A stretch of 63,940 nucleotides of DNA, filler included, from Craspedostauros australis (lineage: Eukaryota), in NCBI GenBank assembly GCA_030167865.1. It is 6 parts of 6 records of this genome, joined end to end, with 100 filler letters (N's around TTAATTAATTAA, not from the genome) between each part and the next. Parts side by side here need not be neighbours in the genome. Positions count along the whole stretch, not along the records: positions 24,715 to 42,252 come from JALAGF010002849.1; positions 42,353 to 54,993 come from JALAGF010002855.1; 4 more parts are not named here. One strand, given 5' to 3'. The notes under the pieces are model-generated. The model had not been told where the DNA came from. It saw nothing but the letters and a program-made list of their open reading frames with translations, and made no database searches. The position numbers and the translations under genes are program-made. Below are positions 32,532 through 43,358 of the stretch, one piece after another. Every line of letters begins with the position of its first letter. Position 1 is the first letter of the stretch.

Positions 32532-35033
32532 ATGATGCTCCCAATCAGGCACAATGGTCAACAGCAACAGCATGAACGGCAACGACAACGGCAACAACAG
32601 CAACAACAGACCCAAGAAATGCGACCACACGCGAAACGAACGAGAAGGCGGCAGAGGACACCAGAAGGCAACAGATGGATGAACCCCAGAACTCTCATTG
32701 CTCTCACCATGGTGGCTTGCAGCTTGGAGTGCGCGCCGATGTGGCAATCCACGATCACGAATACTCACACGAACGCTCGCTCCTCATTGGTACGAGCGCA
32801 GGAAGATCGCAGCTCCAATCACCACCGACACAATTCCAATGACAAGCACCGCGGCACGCGCAACCACGAGGAACCCAAGCTGCGCAAATCGCAAGATGCT
32901 GCGTTGCCTCCCGTTCGTATCCGACGCGGGGAGCCGCAACGGCAGAATCGCAATACTCCAACATCATCGAAGAGGCAGACGAAAGATGGACGTGCATCCA
33001 TGACCCACCACAATGATCCCTATGAGCGATCGACGCGCAATGGTGGCAAGGAGTTTCTGGCGTGGTGTCACAAAGCGTTGGGAATCGTCACGTCGCCATC
33101 GGTGCAGATACAAACGTTCGAGTATTACGATTACATGCGGGCCATGTCGGAAGGGACGGATGTATTTTGTCACGACGACGACGACGAAGACGACGAGGAC
33201 GATAATGACAACTACAACGAGGAGGACGGGCAACAAAGGGATGGCATTGAGAACAGCATCAACAACCACAGGAATGCATTTCACACCAACAGCGGTCACG
33301 GCGGAGACGGCAGCAATCATTTGCAAGGACGCAACCTTGCGCGCGCCGACACGAATGCCATGGACGACGAGACGCACTTCTTCTCACGCTTCAATAATCG
33401 CAAGACGCAGCACTACCGATCGCCCTGTTCCATCAGCGTCACGGAGTATCCCAAGACGCAGGTGCGCGGACTGGCGGCCAGCAAACCCATCGAGGCGGGC
33501 GAGACCATCATCCAGATACCCTACAAGGCCCTCTGGTCCATCGAGAACGTCATCGATCATGACCCCGTCCTCAGCAACGTCCTGGGACCCAAAATACGGT
33601 CGCAGTTCGGTTGGCAGGACGATCTGCAGTACTACGAACTGCCGTTGCTGGCCATCGCCGTGCTGCATCACATGCAGCTGGGACCGCATTCTCATTTCTG
33701 GCCCTACTGGGAACTCCTGCACGACGAGGCGCTGGATTTGCCCACGCTGTGGCAGGCGCACCGTCTCAAGACGGATGCCAGCATCGGCGTCAGGCGCATC
33801 GCGAAGGATATTCAGAAGGATATTCGCGAGATGTACGTGTCCGTCGTGCAGGTGCTCATCGACACGTATCCCGAGCAGTTCGGACCGTTGAACACGCCGA
33901 CGGATGACGCCATCATCGATGAAGACGGCATGATGGAAGACGACGGCGACGACGAAGACGAAGACCTGGACGAGGAAGGCCTGGAGGAGTGGATGTTTTC
34001 GTTTGAACGATTCGAATGGGCGTTCACCATCGTCAATTCGCGGCATTGGCATTTGACCGTGCCGTCCACGCAGGATGCTGCGACGGCGCGCGCGGAAGAA
34101 GCGACGCAGCAGCGCAATCGGGTTCTGAAGATGGCGCAGACGGATGGCGCCTTGGTGGATTCGAGCGATGATGCCGAAGACAAGAACGAGGGAGATTCAG
34201 CAACGGGGGCTGGATCGCCCAACGAAAATCAAGGCAACATCATGGACGCACCGCCGGCATCGGTACCGACCGACGAATGGGTGGAAATGCATGATCACGA
34301 TCTGCAAACGAATGAGCAGGGCGCATCATCCGATAGTAAGGGGGATGATGGAAGTATCACTGACCTTCAGGACGACAACTACGGATACACGAGCCATTCC
34401 TTCCTGGCACCCGTCGCCGATCTCATCAATTTCGGCCCGCCCTGCACGAGAGGGATTTACAATGCCGAGAATCAATCCTTCGACATCGTCGCCACATGTT
34501 CCTTCGTCCCAGGTCAAGAAATCACATTCTGGTACTCGGATGCCTGCCAAGACATCATCATTGCCAATTACGGATTCGCCTTCCCAACCATGATCCCCAA
34601 ATGCTTTGGCGCCAACGATTGGAAAGGGCATGCCCAAACGATGTCCAAGAAGAACCACGACTTGCAGCAGGAATTGCGAAACATGATAGAAGAGCTGGAT
34701 CGCATGGCACTGGCATTGGAATCGACGCAGCAAACTTTGGACGACTGCACCTGCTGTGACACCAAAACGGACAAGCCGCGTGTCAACAGCAATAGCAGCA
34801 AGCAACAGCAGCAACGCCGAATGCCGCCGCCGTCCTTGTTTCCAGCTCAATGGAAGCCATCGTCGTTGTTTGCCACGCCCACCAATCTGTTCGCGAATGA
34901 CGACAAGCACATGGGTATCAGCGGCGGGTCGGATTCGGATGACGGTCGGCTGAGGAATCATGGCACTCGCAACGTCCACGAACGTGATGAAGGCAACGGC
35001 GATTACAATCACGAAGATCACTCGTCGCTGTAG
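32532..35033 (+). CDS. SET-domain protein lysine methyltransferase (Rubisco-LSMT/SETD3-like) with a probable signal peptide
   Basis: EFLAWC, VRGLAASKPIEAGETIIQIP, SHFWPY, FEWAFTIVNSR, LAPVADLINFG, GQEITFWY, ANYGF. Hydrophobic leader MNPRTLIALTMVACSLECA (alternative start 32679). Confidence 0.88.
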   Translation: MMLPIRHNGQQQQHERQRQRQQQQQQTQEMRPHAKRTRRRQRTPEGNRWMNPRTLIALTMVACSLECAPMWQSTITNTHTNARSSLVRAQEDRSSNHHRHNSNDKHRGTRNHEEPKLRKSQDAALPPVRIRRGEPQRQNRNTPTSSKRQTKDGRASMTHHNDPYERSTRNGGKEFLAWCHKALGIVTSPSVQIQTFEYYDYMRAMSEGTDVFCHDDDDEDDEDDNDNYNEEDGQQRDGIENSINNHRNAFHTNSGHGGDGSNHLQGRNLARADTNAMDDETHFFSRFNNRKTQHYRSPCSISVTEYPKTQVRGLAASKPIEAGETIIQIPYKALWSIENVIDHDPVLSNVLGPKIRSQFGWQDDLQYYELPLLAIAVLHHMQLGPHSHFWPYWELLHDEALDLPTLWQAHRLKTDASIGVRRIAKDIQKDIREMYVSVVQVLIDTYPEQFGPLNTPTDDAIIDEDGMMEDDGDDEDEDLDEEGLEEWMFSFERFEWAFTIVNSRHWHLTVPSTQDAATARAEEATQQRNRVLKMAQTDGALVDSSDDAEDKNEGDSATGAGSPNENQGNIMDAPPASVPTDEWVEMHDHDLQTNEQGASSDSKGDDGSITDLQDDNYGYTSHSFLAPVADLINFGPPCTRGIYNAENQSFDIVATCSFVPGQEITFWYSDACQDIIIANYGFAFPTMIPKCFGANDWKGHAQTMSKKNHDLQQELRNMIEELDRMALALESTQQTLDDCTCCDTKTDKPRVNSNSSKQQQQRRMPPPSLFPAQWKPSSLFATPTNLFANDDKHMGISGGSDSDDGRLRNHGTRNVHERDEGNGDYNHEDHSSL

Positions 35034-35364
35034 AGTGGCTGATGGAGCACCGTGAGGTATGGAGTAGTTAAGCACTCTATGGCATTCCGCCAGTGGTAAC
35101 CGACGGTTCTCTTCCCTTCTCGTATGTAGAGACCATGTACTTGTGGAATATTGGTATGATGTCAAAGTTATTCGTAGCATAGCGTATCATGCTTCTCAAT
35201 CCAGTGCATGATTCCTTTAAGTTTCTACAGTACGACGAGTAATCGTAGCCATTACTCGAAAGAGCAAATTGTCCTCAAGATGTCCTTGCGCTTGTCCGCG
35301 TGTCTGCCGCCGCCGGTGCCACCATTGGCACTGCCGTCCGTACCATCGAAGGTAGCTCCATGTC

Positions 35365-38300
35365 TCATGACTTCGCGGTTTCATTCACAAACTGCAACGG
35401 CACCTCACCCGAGATGATGGAATCCGAGTTCAGCAGCGTATCAACGAGCTCATCCTCCATCTTGTACGTCTGCAAGTTATCGAGATCTTCAAACATTGGC
35501 CCAGCATCATTTCGTGAATCTGATGACGACGGCGACGGCGATCCAAGATCATCCTCCTCCACAATCGTTTGTGCCAAAGCCGCCACGTTCTTGGAGAGTC
35601 CGCGAGATCGTCGTGCACGCAGCTTGTTGCCCCAGGCGTGCGACGACGAAGGCGTCGGGTCTGTGGAATTGGTGTTGAACATCTCCGCCGCGAGCTTGTT
35701 GAGCTTGGAGAGGCCTTCGATGTTGAACACGCGTGCTTCAAGCTCCGCCAGGGAATGGTACAACGGGGCGTACATGGGGTTGACCTCGATGCCTTTCTCC
35801 AGAACCTGACGCGCGTCATTTACCTTGCCTTCCTGCAGCAAGTGGCTGCCCAGCTCCTTGTACAGCTCGGCGTCATCCGGCGCGCATTCGATGCCACGAC
35901 GCAGCAGCAGACCAGCCAGACCGTCATTGTCCAAGGCCTTCTCGATTGCGGCAGCGATCTGCCAGGCCTGTCCCAGTTGTTTGTCCAGCGTCAGCGCCTT
36001 CGAAATGAGCTTGCGAGCGAATTCGTTGTTGCCCATCCGCAGTTCCAGCGACGCCCAGCTTTGGTACAGGTCGGCGTTTTTGGGACACTTCTTGATGCCG
36101 CTGGCATACACCACCTGCGCGTTGTGGAGATGGCCTCTGCGGATCTCCATGACCGCGTAGGACTTCCACAAGGCGGCGTGCTGCGGCGAGCTCTTCATGC
36201 CTGTCTCGAGCAGCGTCTTGGCCGTGTCAAAGTTGCCTGCGCGCATCTCCATCACGCCCCATGCCTGCCAGGCCTGGGCGTGGGATTTGTCGCTGAGCAC
36301 GGAACGTTCGAACAGAACACGCGCATCGTCTTCCTTGCCCAACCGCACGTTGCATAGTGCCGCGCCCAACAGCAGCTGCGACGAGTTGCCGCATCGTTCA
36401 ATACCCGCGTCGAACACTTCCAATGCAATCCTGGGATTGTTGCTGTTGAGCTCCAGCGTTCCCAGCGTGTGGATCAGGAATTTGGCACGATCCCGTGTCG
36501 TCGTGTCCATCCCAATCTCGTTGCGTTCGATCTCTGCGAACCCTTGCATCAGAATTTCGCGCGCCTTGTCGACGTTGCCTAGGGACAGCTCCAGTTTGCC
36601 ATACCCATGATACAAGGACGCCGCATCCGATGTGCCTGCCTGCACCCCACGCTGGAAGATGGAGCGTGCTGCCTCCGTATCGCCGCGTCTCAATTCCGCC
36701 GTGCCGTACGCATTGTAGGCCGGACCGTGACGCGGATCCACCAGCAAGGCCTCCTCAAAGAAATGTTGCGCCAATGTGAAGTTAGAAACGCCGTCGGCCG
36801 ACTGCGGGTGTTTCAATTCGAGCATCGCCAGTGCCACCAGCGTTGGTGCGGTCGCTCGCAGTTTTCTGCTTTGTTCATAAAAATCTCGCGCGAAAGTGTA
36901 GTTACCCACCCTTTCTTCCACCTTGCCGGCGGCTTGCACAAGCTGTCCAGTGTAGCGCAAATAGTTGAGTGTGAACATAATAGAATAGAGTACAATAGAA
37001 TAAATGAGTTGTGGACGAACGGATGTGCAAGGTGAACATTGCATTGAAACGATACTTGCAAACACACCGCATACACGCATTCACTGATAAGCAGTACTGC
37101 ACTGTACCATGATACGTACCCAGTGATCGTTGGGATACACGTTCATCCCGCGCTGCAGGATATTCCTGGCCTTGCCGAACCGCTTCAGCTGCACTTCCAT
37201 CGACGCCCACGTATTGAACAACCGCCCATCCTGCGATCTGTGATGCTGCCGTTCCTTCTCGATCGTCTCGCAGGCCTGCGACAAGCGCTGGATCGTGGCC
37301 TTGACGCCGCCTTTGTGTTGCTGCATGCGCCCTTCCAACCGCGCCATGGCCACTTGGGCCAGGCCGGATGTGGGGCATTCCTGCAAGGCCAACGAGATGA
37401 ATTGCCGCGCGCGTTTGTAGTTGACGTAGTAGCGTTCCTGCAACCACGCGGACGCCAGGTAGACCTCCGTCTTGTCCTTCTCCGTCGTCATGTGCATGAG
37501 GTGTCGCGAGTAGAGATCCTGCGCCGTGTCGTAGTCCCGATGGGCGATGTGGATCTCGCCCAGGGAGCAGACGAGCGCCGCTGTCGGTTCGATCTCGAGA
37601 GCCTGTTCGAAGAGTTCCTCAGCATGCTGGATGTTGCCCAGCTTCTTCTGCATCAGACCGAAGGCGTGGCAGACGTAGGGATTGCGCGGGTCGAGGCGCA
37701 GGGCCTTTTCGAACAATTGCGTGGCCGTGTCGGTGTGTCCGCAGGCTTCCTCGTAGACGGCAAAGGCCTGGTGCAGATGCACGCTGTGCGGACATGCGTC
37801 GATGCCGCGTTGGAAGGCCTTGCGTGCTTCGAGTTCTGGGCGTTGGCTGTCGTCGCCATTGTAGTGGCCGCTGTGGCCGTGCGATCGACGACCGTGGTAC
37901 TTGATCTGATTGTTGCGTTCGCGTCGTGCTGCGAGCCTCGCGAGTGCCAGATGGGTGTGAGCATCCGCCGGGTCCATGGCCAGGATCTTGTGATAGAGAT
38001 CGACGGCGTCCCTCCATTTGCCACGACGTTCTAAGCCCTTGGCATTCTGGAACATGGAACGGATGGTGCGGCGGTTGTTGGATTGTTTCTTTGGCCGTGA
38101 TGGCAACGATGACTGCTGTCGTTTGTTGTGGTTGCCGTTGTTGTTGCTGTTGTGAGATCCTCGCTGTGGCTTGTGATCGCCTTTCACGGCATGTGCATGT
38201 GCGTGCTCCTGCTGCTTCTGTTCTTTGCTGCTGGTTGCCCCTGTCGTTGGTCGGTGATCCGGAAAGTCCGATTCTTCATTGGAAACCGAAGAAGCGCCAC

Positions 38301-38607
38301 TTTCGATGACCTGCGATGCCAGCTGGGTGCCTCTGCGGCCGGTTCTTGACGCAGCACCAAATGCTATTCTGGAAGAAGAAGAAGAGAATGTGAAGTGCCG
38401 CTGCTGAGGGTCCTGCCTGCCGAGCGCGGAGGATGCGATGGCCGGCACGCTGACGACAGTGGGAATAGAGGGCAACGACGAGTGGCCAACAGCTTTGCTT
38501 GTGCTGCTCCTGAGATCTGATCGATGCGTTGCGCTGGTGTCCATGGTTTGCAGGAAGGCCGCAGCCTGCTCAATCGAGCAGAACGCGATGCAGAGCACGC
38601 ACAGCAT
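35365..38607 (-). CDS. Plastid-targeted HAT/TPR RNA-maturation protein (HCF107/Mbb1-like); exons 38607-37120 and 36942-35365
   Basis: Many HAT repeats (HAQAWQAWGVMEMRAG, ADLYQSWASLELRMG). GTACGT...CAG intron 37119-36943 joins the ORFs in frame. Leader MLCVLCIAFCSIEQAAAF fits diatom signal + ASAFAP-type cleavage. Start uncertain. Confidence 0.85.
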
Positions 38608-38865
38608 CAGCCGGGAGACATGGCATTGGAGATGGCTTCGGTGATGGCATCTGGCGTCCTTGGCAGCGTCATTTGTGGCATTGTTCTGTTGCGGCTTCAG
38701 CGTCTGCTTGTGGCCGTGGAGACTGCAATGATGATGCCATCTCGCCGAGCGCTTCGGTGATGACAGCGACGATCTTGACGGAACAATGCAGATTCCTTGA
38801 TCCATTCCGGCCAATCTTCTTCTGCCTGACAATGACTGCATTCTGGCGACCTCGCTTGTTCCTTT

Positions 38866-38900
<35 letters not shown>

Positions 38901-39762
38901 CTGTTGATGTCGTCGTTGATGTACAATATCTGTTGATGTTCCTGTTGAGTCGAGAGATCGATGGAAGAACAGTAGTAGAGTAGAGTAGCATCCGTATGGT
39001 GGATGGTTGCGTTCTGTCAAACGATGGTGTACCGTGAATGTTGTGTTGTCTCTGGTCCGCCGCTCAACTCTTTGGCACCTCCCTCGCTCTCAAACGAACG
39101 AAGCGTGTGTGTGTGGGAGAACAAGATGAATAGGTTGTACGACTACGAGCTGGAGTACGTACGACGACGATCTATTCTACAACACCAATGGATCGCAGCA
39201 TCGGTAATACCTGCTCTTGATGCCAACCCTTTGATCTTTGGCGTCTGTTCCAACCTCCTGATTGATTCGGGAGGGAACAAAACCACACGTTGATGCGCGG
39301 CCATCACATCCCAAATCACCGATGTTCCGCCCAAAACCAATCAATCCTCCGTTCGGCACAACACGGTCCACTGACGCACGTCTATGCTTCCTCTACATTC
39401 GTTGTAGCCTCAACAAGAAATTGGGGACTGGCGTGGGCGCAATTCGGGACTCAAGTTCCAAACAAGAAACGTGGCACCAGTCCACCTTGGTGCCTTCCAC
39501 CGCGAAGTCACTCCCACCTTCCGATCCTCTCTGTCCGAGCACTTGGAGGTACCGGTATGGGTCGAGTCTACTCTGTCTGTCGGGCATGGTGGGACGGAGC
39601 GTCCATGACTGTCCTCGTACTTGCGATGCTGATATTGACACGAGATAGTTCAAAATGAGTGTGTTGTTATTAATGCTGTGGTGGAGTGATCCGCTCCATT
39701 CTATCTGTGCTTCCTGCGCATATGCTTCCCTTTTCGCCTGATGACTGCACAACCACCCCGCT

Positions 39763-40467
39763 CTACTCCAGGCTCGCGTCATCCGACGTGAATTGGAACA
39801 GTTGCTGGTAGTCCCACGCACCCACCGATGTATCGATGGAATCGCGAGCACACAGGATGTGGGTGGGAACGTAGCTGCCCAATCGTCGCTTCTTGCAAGG
39901 CTGCACCATCTCATCGTCGACGGTCGATGATTCGTCGTCGTCGTCGTCCTGGCTCCATGCCGGACTGCGGCTCAGCGTGGGATACTGGTCCGTTGTTGTG
40001 TCATGTTGTTGTTGCGACGTTGACGACCAGCTCCGCGTGGCGCGCTTGCGACTGTACATCTCCCATTCGTGCATGGGGCACGATGCCGTGCTGCTGTCGT
40101 CGTCTTCGGCATCGAAGGATGGTATGTACTGATGCATGGTTTGCTGGTCGATGCTGGACATGGGAATCTGGATCAGATCGCCCTTGCACGAGAAAGCGGA
40201 GGGCTTCGTGTCCTGTGTGAGATCGACGGCGGGTAGTGGTGTCGCGTCGTGTGGCAGCAGCAGGACGTTGGCCGAGGATGACAGCGAGAATGATGAGGAT
40301 GACGAGGCGTCGATCCAAGCGTCGAGCGGGATCTGGGTGGTGCTCGTGTTATTGGCGTTGCCATCAACTTCGTTCATGTTGGAATCATCGCAATCGTGCT
40401 GATCCGAAAGGACTCGGAACAGTCCGGATTGCGCATGCTCTTGGCGGTGATTGTGCTTGGCTCCCAT
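39763..40467 (-). CDS. Hypothetical acidic, Ser-rich protein with a putative NLS (PCKKRRL)
   Basis: ORF from MGAKHNHRQ preceded by a CA-rich UTR-like tract; no recognisable domain. Confidence 0.5.
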   Translation of the reverse strand: MGAKHNHRQEHAQSGLFRVLSDQHDCDDSNMNEVDGNANNTSTTQIPLDAWIDASSSSSFSLSSSANVLLLPHDATPLPAVDLTQDTKPSAFSCKGDLIQIPMSSIDQQTMHQYIPSFDAEDDDSSTASCPMHEWEMYSRKRATRSWSSTSQQQHDTTTDQYPTLSRSPAWSQDDDDDESSTVDDEMVQPCKKRRLGSYVPTHILCARDSIDTSVGAWDYQQLFQFTSDDASLE

Positions 40468-42352
40468 GATGCTTGTTGTTTGTGTTGTTGTTGATGTTGT
40501 TGCAGTTAGCGTTGCAGTTAGTGTTGGTATCGGTTGTGTGGATGTTGCTGTTGCTGTCGGTGGTATTGCAGATTTTATGAGCTGATGATGATGGACAGTG
40601 ACGTTGGTTCGAGTATTGTATGTGGACGATCTATGTGTATGTGTATGAGTGTTGTTGCGCGAGAGTGTATGGCAGTAATAACAGTCGAGAGCAGTGAGAA
40701 TGTGAGAGGGACGTTGCGATTGACGAAGCGTGAATTCAATTTTTGCGATGCAACGGACTCCATCCGCGAGGACACAGATTGCCAACAGCATCATCGTTAT
40801 CATCCATCCAATCGAATGCATGTCCAAATCGTGATGATGGTTTGCGTGACTGTTGGAGGGGGCACTGTCGGAGAGGATGTCATCGATGATGGGCGGGTCT
40901 CTCTCCGCCGTGTCCGCTCTTTGATTTCGAGACACAAACACAACGTTCCCCCGTCAAATTCTCAAAATGTGACGACACAGGAAGTCCGCGACCACGAACG
41001 TGGACGAAAATTGTCGCAACAGAAACTTTTCGCTTCAGTGTTAGTAACGCCAGATAACGTTTGTTCGACACACACGCCCGTAAATAAAGAATTTTCCTCA
41101 CCTAACTAAACCACATGCATCCATTCTGTCTGTCATCTTTCATGTGCCTCGCTGTCACCTCACATCTTTTGTTCAACACAAAGGTGGAGTTCTGCGTCGT
41201 CGTTGGCGAAAAATGTGGCGGACAAAATCAGTGGAAAGGTCACGATCTCAACGAGGTTGACTTGTCGTGTGCGACTCATTGAATTTGGCGTGACGAGGAG
41301 TCGATTTCGTGGGACAGCTGGCTGTGAAGAGAACGGAATGGAGACCAATAATGATGGGGAAGAACAGTCGCCCAAATTGGAAGCGTTATCGTTCAAACAA
41401 GCGTGGGTGTTGGTTGTTGAAGGATGTCCACACTTTTGTCCGTTTCTGTTGGGAGTCGAATCTGCCATGGGGGTTGAACGACGGCCAACGACAATCGTGA
41501 TGACATCCGCGATGGTCAGACATCGAGTTGGCGGGAGACATTGCCAGAGATGGTTCTCCAACAACGATGTCCTGCGGTATTGGGCGAGTGGAACCTTCCC
41601 CAGACTCATCCATCATCTCCGCCTCCGTTTCTGTTTCCATCTTGGGGCAATTCGGTCTTGGGCGAAACAAACCACAGAAGCAAGGAGATGGCGTGTACGG
41701 TAAGATCACGATTCTGTGAGGGACACCGCAATGTACTACTACTATTCTATTACGTATAGTATTATACTATACTTGTAGCGTAACACAGCAACGGCGTGCG
41801 CATTTCGAGGATGGGTCGTGTTCCATCAACACGCCGCCACACGGCGGAGACGGAGAACACAAGATCTTTGGGTTTTGGTTGGAGAGAAACAGTCGCCATC
41901 AAATGGCGTGAGCCCCATGCTCTCCTTTGTGTTCTTGTTGGATCATCGAGGAGGTTGCGGTATTGTTGGAAATCGCACCGCAGACTTCGGTGCGCACAAA
42001 AATCCGACGTATGCACGACAGACGACCAATGTCTACCCAAAGTAGACACAAAGTTAGACTTCTGAAAACGCAGTCCTGAGTTTGATTGGCACAATAGTGC
42101 ACATCATACTTAGGCACACACTCGGTTGCACTGTTCCAAGTTAAGGTCATACTTCTATCGCATGTTCTTCCACCATAAAATCACCTGAACTGCTTATTGT
42201 AGAGTATACTTGATGGCAAAGAGCATCAATGGCCTCCTTCTCGTTGCTACATNNNNNNNNNNNNNNNNNNNNNNNNNNNNNNNNNNNNNNNNNNNNTTAA
42301 TTAATTAANNNNNNNNNNNNNNNNNNNNNNNNNNNNNNNNNNNNNNNNNNNN

Positions 42353-42800
42353 CATGCATCATTCACAGGATTGGCAGCCGAGGTGAAGACGATGTTGTGG
42401 TGATTGGCGAAGCACTGTCGTCTGCGTCGTACAGATTGCCAATGCGCTTCGTTGTATTCCGAGACGATTGGATGTTGCTGGTTTCCATTGTGAGACTGGT
42501 CAACGTGGAGTGTTGTTGGCTGTCCTGGCCTGGCACATTCTGTTGTTGCCGCGCGCAGTCATCATCTTGTCTTGCGGAGGAAGAGTCACACGATGTCTCT
42601 TCCTCTGTTGTGACTCGTTTCTCATGACGTGGAATACGTTCCCTGTGACGTAGAAGACGGATCAGCGAGAGCAAACACNNNNNNNNNNNNNNTATCCAAT
42701 CGCCGTTTCTCCCAAAAGCAAGCAAACCAGTGACAACAAGGGGCCAAAACTCCACAACTAGTGTTATCGTGAGTGCATCAACTGCGACCTGGAGGTAGTA
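42353..42800. repeat. 448-bp segment duplicated at 55094-55541
   Basis: Near-identical sequence from catgcatcattcacagg to tggaggtagta; both copies start immediately after a scaffold gap. Confidence 0.92.
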
Positions 42801-43358
42801 CTCGTAACAACTTGTGTGCGAGAATTATGGAAGAGAAAAAGCAGAACCGCCTGATACGTTTGTACTCGTATGGTACGATTGCCTATCCCAGCTTGGCGTG
42901 CTGCAACTGTTTGGATTGTGGCCATCCCTCTCGTGACGGATCAATGTTCGATCGCTGACCACGACTAGTGAGTGAGCAACATCGAAACCTCAGGGGCGAC
43001 TGACGCCGGTTGCGATCGAAACCGGGTCGTACCATGTTCGTATTTCGCACCAACCCCTGCCAAATCCAGTCTTGATACGAGTAGACCTATCGGCATCAGT
43101 GTGTGCGCGCTGCGATACTTCCCCTCTGTTCGGATGCCCTCCAGAGAGAGCTCCGTCTCCGGAAAAGACCTCTTCCTATACTGAGTGTGAGTTGTGTGGC
43201 GGCAACACACCTGTTTGGATCTTGGTTGGTTCGACACCCATCAGCAGCGCGCACAAACGCGGGGTTGATGCCCACATACTGAAAGGGAACGAGATTTTGG
43301 AAACCATTGTCATAGTACTTTATGGGTACACTATCCCGAGACTTTGCTTTTATGTTCT

